Below are positions 1-13,700 of a stretch of 49,708 nucleotides of DNA, one piece after another. The notes beneath the pieces are model-generated. The model saw only the letters and a program-made list of their open reading frames with translations, was not told the DNA's origin and ran no database searches. How positions within the stretch are numbered: the first letter of the stretch is position 1; every line of letters starts with the position of its first letter. A program made the position numbers and the translations under genes. This stretch comes from Spirogloea muscicola (taxonomy: Eukaryota). The DNA lies in the NCBI GenBank assembly GCA_009602725.1, contig WELB01000020.1, forward strand, positions 581,992 through 631,699, given 5' to 3'.

Positions 1-460
1 CCCCGGCGGCTCGGCCGCCATGGCGGGCCCGGCCCCGAGCTTGCCCCTCCCAGAGCTGTCCCCACGCCATGGCGGCCATTCATATCTACTGAGCCATTCG
101 TAGCCCCCGGCCCCTTTGATGAAGCCCACTTCTTCACTGAGCTCCCAGACCTCGCCCTCTACTGGAAGACGAGTACTAGACGAGCCTCTACCCCAGCCTC
201 TCTCGCCGCATGGCCGCCGCGGGGGCTGAGACAGAGGCTGAGATAGAGGTGGGACTCTTCCAGCAGAGGGCGATGACTGGGAATGGCCAGCCCAGAGAAA
301 GTCCCCCCCCTCCCTCCCTCCCTGCGCCCTGTCTCCGCGCCAGCCAGCTCCCCCGGAGCCCCTCCCTCCTCCGCCCCGCGCTCTCTCTCTCCTGGCCCGC
401 GGCCCGTCGACGTCACCCACATCTGCTCACCCCGCCCAGCTCCCGAGCAGCCGTCCTCGG

Positions 461-508
461 CAAACCCAGCTCCAAACCCAGCTCCAAACCCAGCTCCAAG
501 CCCAGCTG
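461..508. repeat. 12-bp tandem repeat (CAAACCCAGCTC x4)
   Basis: caaacccagctc x3 followed by caagcccagctg, read directly; lies upstream of the oxidase pseudogene start. Confidence 0.9.
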
Positions 509-609
509 CGTCGTGGGCGCAGCTAAAGCTCGCCGCCGCTGCGACGGGCCGAGCAGGCCGCGCATGCCTCCGCCGGCAGCGGCTTGCTTAGGCGCGGTGT
601 AGGGCTGCG

Positions 610-3600
610 ATGAGCTCCGCCGCCCACCTGCGATGGCTGCCCGCCGCGGAGCTCCTGCTGGCCTTCGCGGCCGTCGCCGCGCGGCGCTGCCTCCCAGTAC
701 CGCGCCCCCCTGCGTGGGCGGCCCCGATGGTAGCCACCGGGCCCCGCTCGCGCCGCTTTTCCAGCCCGCCTGGCCCTGCAGCTGCCTCCGCAGTCTGAGC
801 CGCAGCCTGCGTAGCAGTGATAACCCTCTTCTCGGATCCTGATGCGCGTCTTATCAGCCTGGACTGGCAGCAGGTTCTCACAGCCTGGCTGTGGCAGTCG
901 TTATAGGTGGTCGCAGGCTGCATGAATGATTGCCGTGCTGACCTCATGTGCACGGTGGCAAAGTGCAGAGTGCGGGCAGTACGAGGTGGTTGTGGAGGAT
1001 CTTGGCATCTCGCCGATGCATGTCATTTTTACCAACAAGGACACGCTGGTGTACATCGACCGCTCGGATATTGGCGACACACGCATCCACACGTCTGCTG
1101 GCGTCTCGGCGTACTCCGTTGAGCTCAACTTGCACACCCTTGTGAAGCGCGGCCTGGAGGTACAGAGTGCAGGCATGAGCCGCGCCACTGCTGATGCCGA
1201 GCAACTCCATAAAAGTGCTGCTGTGCTTTGCTTTGCTTTGCTTAATAGCATCCAGAGTCACGCATCGGCCGGAGACTGATGGCACGCCTTGTTGGGGTGG
1301 CATTGGCAACACATAGACGGTGACCAACACCTTCTGCTCCGCAGGTTACACGATGCCCACCGGCCTTGTGGTCACCAGCAGCTACCTCTCTGTACGCAAG
1401 TTCAACGCGTGCCTCGACAGATCATGCGATCGGGTCGTCAACCAGACCATGGGCAGCTCTCGCTGGCATCCCAGCTCCATTCGCCTGCCCAATGGCAATG
1501 TCGCCTTTATTGGCTGTTCTATGAATAGTATTGGCAGCGATGGCAAGAACATCCAGAAACATCCAGAACAACCCCACTTTTGAGGGCAGCTCTCACTCGC
1601 TCCTTTGCCCCCCTGCACTCTTTCTACTCGTCTCTCATTCTGGCCGTCCCTCTTTCGTCTCATGCTCTTCTTACCACGCCGACCCTCATTGTTTTCTAGT
1701 TCTCTAGTATTGTTGCACCTTTCCCCTTTCCCTGCCACCGAGCCCATCGGATGGACAGGCAATGTAGAGAACATATGAAAGTATATCAACAGGCAGATAT
1801 ACAGCAGGAGTTATGTAAATTGACACCCAAGGTGGTTGGTTTCCTACTGAATTTGCTGGGCTTATTTTCAACCCTTATTCTGTTGGAGAGGACAGAAGCT
1901 TGCTGATCCAAGTTCATGTTCTTGTGACGGCACCTCAGTAATCTGCCAACGTCAAGAAGGAACAGTATTGTTTGCAGCTACTTGTTGATTCGCTGCCGTA
2001 CAATCTGTACCCTTTTGTTTACCCTATGACTAATGGAAACGGTTCCCTCTTTTGCGTGCGCCATCTCGTGGAAAATGAACATGATGAAGAGCGGCAACTG
2101 CCTCCGAAATTGTCCCCCCCTCACTTCGCCAGGCGGCGTCACGCAGGCCTCACGCACGCACCCGTTCACGGGTGAGTCAAGCATAGAAGAGTAGGAATAT
2201 GTTATGCTCTCATTGAGCTTGGAGAATGCTTTGCATGCCCAAGCAAAGTGCACAGACATTATGCTGATTTTCACCTAGGTTGCATGTCATGCGACAGCTG
2301 GGTCGGCCATGCTCGCTGTGGATCCGCACAACTACTACAAGCAGTACGTGGTCATCTGTGGTGGCCCGCTCTCTGTGGATCCGCACAACTACTACAAGCA
2401 GTACGTGGTCATCTGTGGTGGCGGCCAAAACCCCGTGCCGGCAGGGCAGATATTAGTCTCGCAGAGCTGCGGGACGCTGCTACTGGACGATGCCAAACCC
2501 CAGTGGCTGATCGAAATTATGCTCGGCCGCAGGTGATTGCCGCCGCACTCTCAACTCGAGCTTGTTCCTTGACCCCGATGCTGCAGGTCAAGTGTGGGCC
2601 CGGACGCCATTGGCATCACTTGCACGCTGTGCACATGACCCCAGGGTACAGAGCCACATAATCTACTGCCCACTGGAGGCCTGCTGCCCATCCAGGGTAC
2701 GAATTCGGGGATGGCTGGCTGCTTTCTATCATACAATCCCTATTGTCAACGTAACATTCCTCAGTTACTGAGGCCAATGAGTACAACTACCTACAAACGT
2801 TGAGTCCTTCATTAGCCTCTCAAGGATTAGCAACTCAGCACATGGTCATTTGTGTGTGCTTGGCAGGCAGCGTATCTGTATCATCCGACCAAGCCGCTGG
2901 CATACCAACGCAACAGTGTCGCCGCGCTTCTCGGTGCTTGGCAACTCCACCTTTGCTCGCATCTACCACTCGTCCGTCACTGCTGGCCAGGACGCCCGTG
3001 TCTGGCTGTCAGGCTCTAACTTCCGCGGCACCTACGCTGCGCCCAACTATATGGGCCCTTTCCCTACTGAATTTCATTTGAGACCTTCTGGCCATCTTAT
3101 TTCTTCCAAGGGTGAGGCTAGTGCCTTGACACCGCCGAGCCCCTGTAGCGCGTGGTCCTTGTGGAAGCTTGTGGCGAACGACGCTGACGCCCGACGACAT
3201 AACCGCCTCATACCTGTGCTCTGGTTGGCAGCATCCTGCAACCAATCATTTTGTCGGCGCCGACCTCGCTTGACGATGGGGCGTCGCTTCAGATAGTTGT
3301 GGATCTGATGAGTGCGAACGTGGCGCTAGGCGGCAAGCAGTCCATCGCCGTCTACGACACAGGCTTTGGGACGCATGCCAACACAACTGGCCAGCGCCTC
3401 GTGCGCTGCGTCTACACGGTTGCATCGCAGGTAGCAGCGTGCTCTTTTTAATCAGCGAGCGGCATCGCTTGTTGTTAAGCTTTCTTCTGTACTTATCGTA
3501 ACTCAGCCTCCGCTCGACCATCATCGAGCGGCTCTGGTTGGCAGGTTGGCAACATCGTCACCTTCATCGCCGTTGCCCCGCCCAGCCAGACCTGTGCGTC

Positions 3601-5245
3601 GCCAGGATACTGGATGCTGTTCATGTTCAACCAGGGCGTGCCATCCAAGGGCTCCTGGACGCAGCTCAACGGCTACCCGGCCCCAGCGCCGCCGACGCCG
3701 CCATCGCCCAGCCCCAACATAATGTACCTGCACAAAAACGATTCCGTGTTGCTGCATACTGCATGCCACATGGTATTTGTTGGCGGCAAGTCAGATGGAA
3801 ATGACGCAGATGACGCAACCCTTTAAGATCTTATGAGTCTTCGGTGAAGGCGCCCGTGGAAATATTCAAGCCAATGGCATTTTTGAGCAGCTCGCTCGCC
3901 TACAACCTCTACCCCATCCTGCACCTCCTGCCCTCGGGAAACTTTTTCTTCGTTGCCGAAACCCAGGTAGGAGCATGCTGGCGACTTTGTCAAGATTGTC
4001 GCTCCCAACTTTGGCTAACACTGCTTTACAGCCTGCATGGGCACGTCTGAAACGGTGGTCTTGCTTGTGGACTGGCCCAATGGTGCAGGCGTGCGAAGTG
4101 AATTTCCTCGTGTCAGGCAACTGCATCCGCACTTTTCCAAATATTACACAACTATCGGCGCGTCAACACCTTGCAGGCACCCCCACGTGGCCGCGTCAGC
4201 TCTCTACCCTCTTGTCCCTGAAAGAAGCAATGCCGCACTTGTCCTCATCTGCGGCGGTGGGTCGCCGCCAATCAGCTCCTGCGCCACGCTAGACACCTCA
4301 TTGGCGGCCCCCACGTGGTCGTACTGAGGATATGCCGGGCCCCCAGAGCATGAGCTCTATCGTGGTCCTTCCGGCGAGCTCACTGCTCATCATCAACGGC
4401 GCTGCAGCTAGCTCTGCTGGTGAGACTTGTGCTGCTGCCTTGAGCTGGCCTGGTTTTAAAAACGCTGTCTTTGTATCTTTGGACTTCCGCCGCTCCTTCC
4501 ATTTCTATGACAATGACTACATTCAACATGTTGACGATTCTTCCTCAAACCTTTGCCTCTGTCGGTCCCGTCCTCAGTGAACATTGGCGCAGCCAATCCG
4601 GTGTTGACGCTGTACCTGATTGACGCGTCGCTCCCCGTCGGCCACGTGGGCCGCTCCACTGTGCTCAACAGCTCCAGTACGGCTTGCATGTTCCAAGCGA
4701 CTGCGTTACTCGCACCAGATGCAACTGTTGTCGTGGCAGGTGGCAACCCTGCCCAGGCTCCGAGCGCAGCCAGGTACACAGTCCCCCCGGCTAGCCTCTC
4801 TGTTGCCATCTCGTCGCCGTGCCTGCGGTGAGGAGCACAGCTTACCATACAGCTGCACTGGCTATGCTTGCATACGGCGCAGCCTTCACGGCGTCCTTCT
4901 ATGCCCCAGACGGTGCCATTGGGGCTTACATAGCATTCATAGACTCTGGATACTCCACCAAATGGCCTGACAATGGGAGAGCGCATGGTCAAGGCACCCA
5001 TGTCCGTGTTTGCAGGATTGGACCCCACATTCGACCTGGCCTGCCTTGCTCCCAGCAGCTCGTCGTTGTTGCCGCCCGGCTTCTACTTGCTGTTTGTGAC
5101 TGTGACGCTTGCACCTGGCGCACCACTGGTGCCGTCCAAGGCCACTTGGGTGCAGATTGAAGTCCACAAGGCCCCAACACCTCCTCCCCAGCCGCCCAAA
5201 TCTTCGCCACCAGCCCCCAAAGTCCCGCCACCATCAGATGGGTAG
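610..5245 (+). pseudogene. Decayed two-module glyoxal oxidase/galactose oxidase-like (AA5) gene, paralog of 24267-32158
   Basis: Exon fragments collinear with the intact gene: CVGGPD|ECGQYEVVVEDLGISPMH, NTFCSAG, RWHPSS, YNLYPF, RIYHSS, GFGTHANTTGQR, second module GNDADD...YNLYPI...PPGFYLLFV, Pro-rich tail. Several frameshifts, in-frame stops (e.g. about 4325 and 4829), and most of the module-2 N-terminus is deleted. Confidence 0.85.
2311..2424 (+). repeat. 57-bp exonic tandem duplication in the pseudogene
   Basis: LAVDPHNYYKQYVVICGGP followed by LSVDPHNYYKQYVVICGGG; the intact paralog has a single copy. Confidence 0.9.
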
Positions 5246-6934
5246 GATCTTAGCCCGTCTATCTTGCCTTTTACTTCCACGCCAGCCCATCCGTTGCCCT
5301 CCCTGGTATTCATTGTGGTCTTGGTGCATTGCCCTGGCCTTGAGCCCAGAATCAATTGGCACCCTCATTAGATCAGCTGTTGCCAATTGGCTTCAAGGAG
5401 GCGGTGTCGGTTTAGCAATGATAAGCTTCCCTCCACACCCTTCCATGCAGCAGCTAGTAGCAGCAATAAGCAGAGGGTGCAATGGTGAAGGATTCATTAC
5501 ATGTCCCAGCTTACGACATTTTTGACCTTATATGTATTTATACTGTAACAGTGTCTTTCATTCTAGCCAAATCTTCCAGATGATGTGGGGTTTGCTTGAG
5601 GATAGCAGAGGCTTCAAGTGCGCTGCATCTTTTCGGTCACTGGCACGGCTTGCCAGCGGCCTGTAACACAGCGCGAAACGGTTCAGCTGCCCCTACTCTT
5701 ACACGCAAGTCGGGCTTGCCTACCTGTTGCGTTTGTTGGGTGTGCGCACAGCAAAGTCTGGTGAATGTCTTCTGCATCAGTAACTTAGCATGCTCATGAA
5801 GAGGAGTTGGACAACAGGTGGTGCTGTATAGGAAGACCTCAAGTTATCGCTCCAACTCTACCATAGAGGCAAATGTGAGGATTCTACTATTGTATGCTGT
5901 AGTGAACTTGCCGAAACCATTACAACTGAAGGCAATGAACGGGTAAAGTCGAGTAGGCCAGGAAAGCACCTGTAAGTTATTGCAGATTGCCGGTGTGACA
6001 GTATAGCACTTCCCAACGGAAGGCATCGGCCTCTTTGATAGCCTGCCTTAGCCAGTTTGTCAGAAGCGTCAGGCACAGTGGCCGCCTCCATGCCCAATCC
6101 AAGCCTAAGTGCCACATGCTTACTGCCTTGGCATGGCTGCATCACTGCCGTTGCTGCAGACTCTGCCAGCACTGCCGAGTGCTGCATGGCGGGGAGAGTG
6201 CACTGCGCACCATCTCCGTCCAAATGTCCTGTGTTGGTGTGAACGCCAGTACGACAAGCAAGTTACTTGGGAACGTGCGCTGCATCAGCTTTTGTTGTTA
6301 GCAGCCGCTTGTTTGCTGAGTACTTGCACCTCGGGTTCTTCTCTTGACCTTGCCCATCTCTTATGGACTGGTCTTCCATGATCGAGAAGCCATTGTAAGC
6401 GCTTCGTAGTATTTCCCTGTGCTGACCTCTACAGCCACCACCTCCTTCAAAATGGAGAAGAAGAGCAGCAGTACTTGTCACACAACGAGGGCCGTGAATA
6501 GCGAACAAGTTCCAAAGGAGTTGGAATGTAGGGACTACCAAGGATGCCTGCTCAGAATCCCTTGTCAAGAAGCACTTCTTCCCTAGTCAGCAGCCGCGAG
6601 TCGGAGAATTTAGCAGCCAAAGTTCAAGTTCCTCTCAAGAAGGGGCAAAGATTGTGAAGGACCAGCTCAAAACAACAACAGCGCTTCCAAAGTCAGATAT
6701 GATAACGGACAAGGTCCGAAGGGACCTCTTTCTGGGAAGCGCTAAGGCACACAGCTACACAAGCGGCTACTGCGAAAGGTTGGCTACTACAATGGCTGCG
6801 AGAAGCCAGCCCAAAAGCGCTAAGTTTTGCTTGAAAAGTGCATTAACATGATTGGGCCTCTCACAGGTACACTTGGGCGCCTTGCCACTTCAAGAAGGAA
6901 GCCTATTTAAGGGGGCAACGGCTGTGAGAAGAAA

Positions 6935-7430
6935 CAGCTCTTCCAATATAAGGCAGTGGCTGTGAAAGGCCAGCCCCAAGGAGTGTACAGGAGAAGAAAA
7001 GCGCGCCCATAGAAAAGAGGGGCTGGCCAAGCCAGCCCAAAAAAGAATGGACAATGTCCAAAGCCAAAGCAAGAGGAGCCGGAGAAAGGACTACACTACA
7101 ACATACTGCAGAACACAGAAACGATGCAGAGGAAAGCTCAGTACCCACGAGTGAGCAACATCAGGTCTGAGTAGCTCGCTGCAGGGAAAGAGGCGCTCCG
7201 CCGAGACCCAGAGGCGCGGCCATAGCACGGCCTGCGCGCGTATGGACGGCGTGGGCAAGGGAGCGTTGAAGCGATACGGCCAGGCGCATGCGGAAGACTT
7301 GTGCGAGCGACCCGGCGGCGTTGAAGCCGGGCATCGCCCCTGGCAGACCCGGCCGCCGGTCAATGGCCTGGCGAGCAAGCCGCTGAATGAGATCCAGCCA
7401 GCGGCTGCCGAAAGCCCCGTGTACATCCAT
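6935..7430 (-). mobile_element. 5'-truncated CRE-like RLE non-LTR retrotransposon fragment plus stacked 3'-end motifs
   Basis: MDVHGAFGSRWLDLIQRLARQAI...RMRLAVSLQRSLAHAVH...LLTRGY*, then a 3' UTR ending in GGACATTGTCC / GGGCTGGC..GCCAGCCC; closely similar to 16480-16880. Confidence 0.85.
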
Positions 7431-7771
7431 CGGAGAAGGCCACCCCAAAAAGAAATGGGAACCATGGCGTTGGTGGGAGTCCTCAGCGCTGGGCAGCCCG
7501 CGTCCGCTGTCGGGGAGTTGGCGTTGGGGGCCGGACTCACTGGGCGGGCGTCGTCAGCTAAGTCCCCGTCAACCGGCGGGTTTGGTGAGCCGCCCCGGCG
7601 CGGAAACCGTCCGCAAATGTATGCCAGCCGCCGGCCCTCCCGGCAGTAGAGTCCGCTTAGGATTGACGCCACCGCAGAAGTCCCAACTTAAATCGAGAGG
7701 CCCTGTTGTGCTTCCCCCCAATTTCCTGTTGCAGAAACCACGTTCACCCGCGAGCTCCCTCTGCGGCAGCC

Positions 7772-10700
7772 ATGGCTGCGCCGGCCGCCGCCGCCGCCGT
7801 CGCCGCGGCCCCGCCGCGCGCCCGGGGNNNNNNNNNNNNNNNNNNNNNNNNNCGCCTGCGTTCGCGCCGCTGCAGGGCCACGGCGAGACGCCGGGCCCAC
7901 GCTGCGGCCACACGCTGACGTCCGTGGCGGCGGTCGGCGAGCCCGGCGCCGACGACTACGTCGGCGCGCGGCTGATCCTCTTCGGCGGTGCCACCGCGCT
8001 CGAGGGCAGCACCGGCCCCCAGGCCAGCGCGGGAGGCGCCGCTGGGATACGTGAGCGCCGAGGACGCTAAGAACTGGCGCGCCATCGCTTAGGGTTGCCA
8101 TCTGCCAGGCTGCCCCATCATCCCTTGGTCTAAGAGTGGCCGTGCTGATTGATGGCCATAGAAGCACGAGCGCCATCTATGCCTAACGAGGAGCTGTTCT
8201 ATCCTGACGGTGTAGTGAACCCGGGGAGGACGCAGATGTAATGTGATCCCAGTAACATAGCCATTCACGGTTGCAGAGCTCGGTCCTCCTGGCAGGTCTG
8301 GCTGGTGCGACTGCGGACATCCACAGCTTCGATGTCCAGACCAGCACATGGTCGAGGTGAGCACGGCCTCGCGCCAAGCTGCTGCAGACTTGCGGGTTGA
8401 CAGTAGTGCACAGTACATGGCCAATTGTCCGGCTCAGGGTCTCTGGTGCACTTGCGCCAAAGAATGGCAGGGTAACCTAGTGGTGAGATCCATAAGAGGA
8501 TCCAAGCCTCACAATTTCACCAATGTTTCAGCGATGTCAATTGCACCTCGAGCTAACTTGCTCGCAACCAGAAGAGAGGAAGACAGCATGCTGCTGGTTA
8601 CACCGACGACACGCTATTGTACCAGAGAATGTGGAGTGTGGGGATTGCCCTGTTATGATTGCCTAGCCCATGAAGCTTGGAGCCTTTTGCCTAGCTTCAT
8701 CACTGTGAGCCTCGTCTCATACAGGTTCCAACCAGTGGGGGAGCCACCTTCACCTCGGGCTGCACATGCTGCTACTGCTGTGGGCACAATGGTTGTCATT
8801 CAGGTCAGCTCTTGCAGCCAACAAGGCAAAGCCCTACATTGAGCTTCTTGTGTGAGAGAAGAGCAGTTTGAGTTGTCCAGATGATGTGGCTCAACAGATT
8901 GCAAATTTACCCGCTGTTATGGCAAGAGGTAGCTAGCAGGATATAAGAAGCTGGCATTAAGGTTGGACTTTCATATTGTGATTGCAACACCAGAACTGTG
9001 CTGTGGGGGTTTCGAAAAGACTTGCTCATCTGCAGACAAGAAGCACAGTGTGCAGCTTGTGCAGATGGCTCCTGAGTAATACAATCGACCAGTGTTGCCG
9101 GTATTGTAGGTAGTCATAGCTGATAGCTCATTGTGCATTTGTTTCTGATGCAGGGTGGTATTGGACCAGCTGGTCTCGCCACGGACGATCTGCACGTGCT
9201 TGATCTGACTCAGACAAAGCCTCGCTGGCATCGGTGAGGACTTATAACTTCCTATATATGTGGTTGCTTAATGGTGATAATTATATTTGGTGCTCAAATC
9301 TGATCTGCAAATACCTTGCCTATATTTTAAGTCATCAGCACACCTAAATCAACGTGCTAGCGCGTTACAGTGTGGTAGTACAGGGTGCTGGGCCTGGACC
9401 CCGGTATGGCCATGTCATGGCCTTGGTTGGCCAGCGTTTCCTTCTCTCAATAAGTGGCAATGATGGTATATTCCACAATCCTGCATATTTTTCTCTTAAG
9501 CCCTCTCTGCTGAGATCCATTTGAGCATCTGCTGAGGCATCTGGCAATGTCCCACATCACAAATGTGAGCTCGAACTTCTGTGTATTGCAGTATTGGAAG
9601 GCACTCTATGCTTCCAGGTCAAGGCTTATCGCCCTTAAGAATATGTGGGCACCGGCCTGACCATGCCTTGATTTGACAGGGAAAAGGCCACTAGCAGACG
9701 TATGGGCCCTAGATACAGCTGCGAAACCTTACGAGTGGAGGAAGCTTGAACCAGATGGCGAGGGTCCCCCTCCATGCATGTATGCAATCTTGTTCCACTC
9801 AGTTAGACACTTACATTAGAGACAGAGCTTCAAAGGTCTTACTTTTGGTGCATAATGTTGTACATAAATATCATAGCTGCAGCAACAAACTTTTCATGTT
9901 GAGGAATTAAGTCAAGGGAGTCACTATCGCCCTTTTAATCATAGTGCTTGCTTTGTCTGGTAGGTATGCCACGGCGAGCGCTCGTTCAGACGGATTGTTG
10001 CTCTTGTGTGGAGGGAGGGATGCGAGCAGTGTGGTATTGCTTGAAACCCATTACTCACAATCGCATAGCTTTTGCTAGTGCATGATGATGACTTTTGGTC
10101 TCTTGACAAATCAGTCCCTGTAAGCAGGACTTGCTGGCAACCCTGGAAACTCCTCACATGTCCTTGTCTTCTGGGGTGTCCTTGTCTCGTGGGGTGAGGT
10201 TACCGAGGTTGACCATTTGCATCTTCTTTGCAGCCCCTGGCTGGTGCATACGGGTTAGCAAGGCATCGGGACGGGCGATGGGAGTGGGCAATTGCTCCTG
10301 GCATTTCGCCGTCTGCCAGATACCAGCATGCAGCGGTAGATCATCGAAATTGCATTCCTGTCATTGCAAGCTATTAGCTCCAATGGCAAGCCTATCACAC
10401 GGACTGCATTACTTCTCTCGAATGTCCACATGTATTGACATGAGAGCAACTCTCAGATTGCTGAGTGTCTGAAGCAAAGACCAGGCCGTACTGCTTCTCA
10501 GCCATAATCACTTAGCTGCTGGGTTGCATGAAGTTAAATAGTCAGTGCGATCCGATGCATTTTTGTGGATGTCTTTGCGGCAGGTATTTGTGAATGCAAG
10601 ATTGCATGTCTCAGGAGGTGCTCTGGGAGGTGGCAGAATGGTGGAAGATGCCTCAAGTGTGGCAGGTTCTGTTCCAGTCTGCTACTCAGCTGTGTCTTAT

Positions 10701-13700
10701 GCGACTCGCTTCCTCCTAATCAAAAGGAAATCTGTTCCGATAGCAGATGGGAATTCGAATATGTGCAGTGCTAAGATGTTTGCAACCTGATGGAAGACAC
10801 ACCACCTTGTGATATATCTCCTTTAGTGTTTGTGGCTTAGGAACTGGTTATTAGATAGGGAACTGGGCTCACGGTCTTACACAGCTCCATGAAGTGATAA
10901 GGTAGTCATGGTCTATTTCCTTCGTGAGGGCAGGTTGGGCCCTCTGTGGCTGCTTGATAATCTTGACCTGACTTTCTGCGCTCCTTGGTCCTCTTGGCTG
11001 CAGTGCTGGATACTGCTGCAGGAGTCTGGTGTGACCGTAGGGCAGTGGTGACCAGCCCCAGAACAGGCCGCTACAGTGCAGACGCACCTGGTGGTGATGC
11101 TGCAATCGAGCTTACAAGAAGATGTCGGCATGCGGCTGCAGCTGTTGCGGAGAACATCTACATATATGGCGGTCTTCGCGGTGGTCAGTATCTTGGCAAT
11201 ACCTGGAGTCAGTAGGAGGCAGGCTGTGATGTTTTTGGATCCTTTGACAACACTGCCAGATATGGTCTACGAGCATAACATGCTAAGCTGTTTATGGAGA
11301 AGGAATGGCTAGATCAGATTGGCTGAGTCTAACGTGCCCTTTGTGGTGTCCTTAGGGATCTTGCTGGACGACCTTTTGGTAGCTGAGGATGTTGCAGCTG
11401 CAGAGCTTACTCCAGCAGCAAACGAGGCTGCTGCAGCTGCCGCTACTGCTGGTAGCATTCCAGTGGCTGCAAAATCTCAATCGAGTAGTGACAGCGAGAC
11501 TCTACTTGAGAATGGTCACGTTGGTCCCGTGGTGGTGAAGAGTCCTGTTGCCGCTCCAGTGGGCGGGGAAACAAAGATGGACATTACCACAGAGAATGCG
11601 CTCGCACATGATCATAGGTGAGCTCTGGAAATGCAGAGATTTGATATGCAGAGTTACAGGGGCCCAGAAACGAAAGTTTGTGGCAGACTTGGGCATGAAC
11701 ATGGGCAGTCAGCTTGCAAGTCAGCTACTGAGCTGTAGCGGCTTGGAGCAATCAGCTCGGGCCAGGTGGGAAGATGTAGGAGATGGTCACTAGAGGCACA
11801 GCTCAGGCTCCAGAGGTCAACAGAAAGACAAGCGCCAGAGAACATGGGGCTGATTTGAGCTGATGCTGCTGATGCAGTGTGGACGAGAAGGACTCAGCAG
11901 TGCTGGTGGAGGCAGCTGCTGCTGAGGCAGCTGCTGCCAGCGCGGCATTGGCAGCAGCTGCTTCAGGCAAGCTGCAGGAGAATGGGGAAGTGGATCCTAA
12001 TTTGAAGGAGCAGGTGGAGCGAGACCGGGGAGCTGATGCAACGACCAATGGAGCTGCAGGAGCTGCCACGACCTTACCATCAATGGGCGGCTTCACAAAG
12101 GCAGCTGCGGCAAGTTTGGCTGCTCAAAGCCAGGCCGCTGAGCAAAACCAGGGCGTCAGGCTACACCACCGGGCGGTGAGCACAGAGATTGACATACCCG
12201 CTGCTGTGAAGCTTGTGCTCTTTCACTTGGTCTATTAAATGTTGTACTTATGCACGAGCCTCACATCAAGCTTGCATTCATCAATTTGCAGGTAGTTGTA
12301 GCAGCAGAGTCTGGGGGTGCACTTGGAGGGCTAGTCAGGCAGCTCTCAATCGATCAATTTGAGAACGAGGGAAGACGAGTGAGCTTTGGTACACCAGACA
12401 GCGCCGGGGCTGCACGAAGGTTACTGGACAGGCAAATGTCTATGCAAGGTGTTCATAAGAAGGTTTGCACCTCCACATATGCAAGCAAATGCCCTCAGCT
12501 TTTGTCCAAGCCCATTGCACAAGTAGTTGCTATGATAGCGACACCCTGTCACAGGTTGAGCTGCCCACTATAAAGCCAACATGGACAGGACTACAGATTG
12601 TTGCTGTACATGAAGAGGGATGCACAAACTTTGCCCGAGAAGGTCCTGGTCAATGATCAAAAGGTTAGGAAGTCTATTGTTTTTGTGGAATTATTGGGTC
12701 TAAGACTTTCACTAGCTACACTCCAGGTCTTGTCCTACCTGCTCAAGCCCCGGGGCTGGAAACCTCCGGTGAGGAGGCAGTTCTTCATGGACATGCACGA
12801 GATTGCAGAGCTCTGTGACTATGCGGAGCGGCACTTTCAGCAGGAGGGCAGTGTCATCCAGATTCGTGCACCAGTGAAGATCTTTGGAGACTTGCATGGT
12901 CAATTTGGCGACCTCATGCGCCTCTTTGACGAATATGGATCACCGTCAACGGCTGGAGACATCACGTAGGTTGCCTTTAGTGCTTCTAATTGGTGTTCTA
13001 CTATAAGGGTTCACGTCCTGGCTGACCTAGCACTGTTCTGGCCCATCTACCAAAGCAGTATGTGCAGCAGCATGCAGAGGTTTGCTTGTACCTGGAGAGC
13101 TGCTTAGAGGCGAGGAAGCTTATGCATCCCATTGTCACCCACAGACCTTGCCACACAGTGCTTGCAAGTTGTTAGCACAGCCTTGTCAGCTCCTCTGTGC
13201 TGTACAATGAAGCCCTATCTAAGAGTCGAATGTCCGTGTACACTTGATGAAGGTACATTGACTACTTATTTCTTGGGGATTATGTGGATCGTGGTCAACA
13301 TAGCCTGGAGACCATATCCCTTCTTTTGGCTCTGAAGGTAAGCATCGCTCTCAAGAAGTGGTGCAAGTTCTGGGCATTGTCTGGTTGAAGTTATTAGCAG
13401 CTGCTAGAGGTCGACGAGTCAATGCTGATATGGAGATCCGTCTGGTATCTTAGATTGAGTATCCCAGAAATGTGCACCTCATCCGCGGCAACCATGAGGC
13501 TGCGGATATTAACGCACTCTTTGGCTTCCGCATCGAGTGCATCGAACGCATGGTGAACATTCCCGCCAACTCTTCTGCTCAAGGAGGGCAAAAGTGTATG
13601 TTTGTGCACGAGAATGCTTTGGTGATTATCATGACAACATGCACCTGCACCATATGGCTTATCCTTTTTCCTGTTGGAAATTGTATGCCTCAGGGAGAGG

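Noticed and set aside
5550..6700. Possible gene between the pseudogene and BSL
   Set aside because: Short ORFs with no recognisable motif or consistent exon chain.
7772..7860. Frameshift in BSL exon 1
   Set aside because: The frame change spans a 25-N gap whose length is only an estimate.
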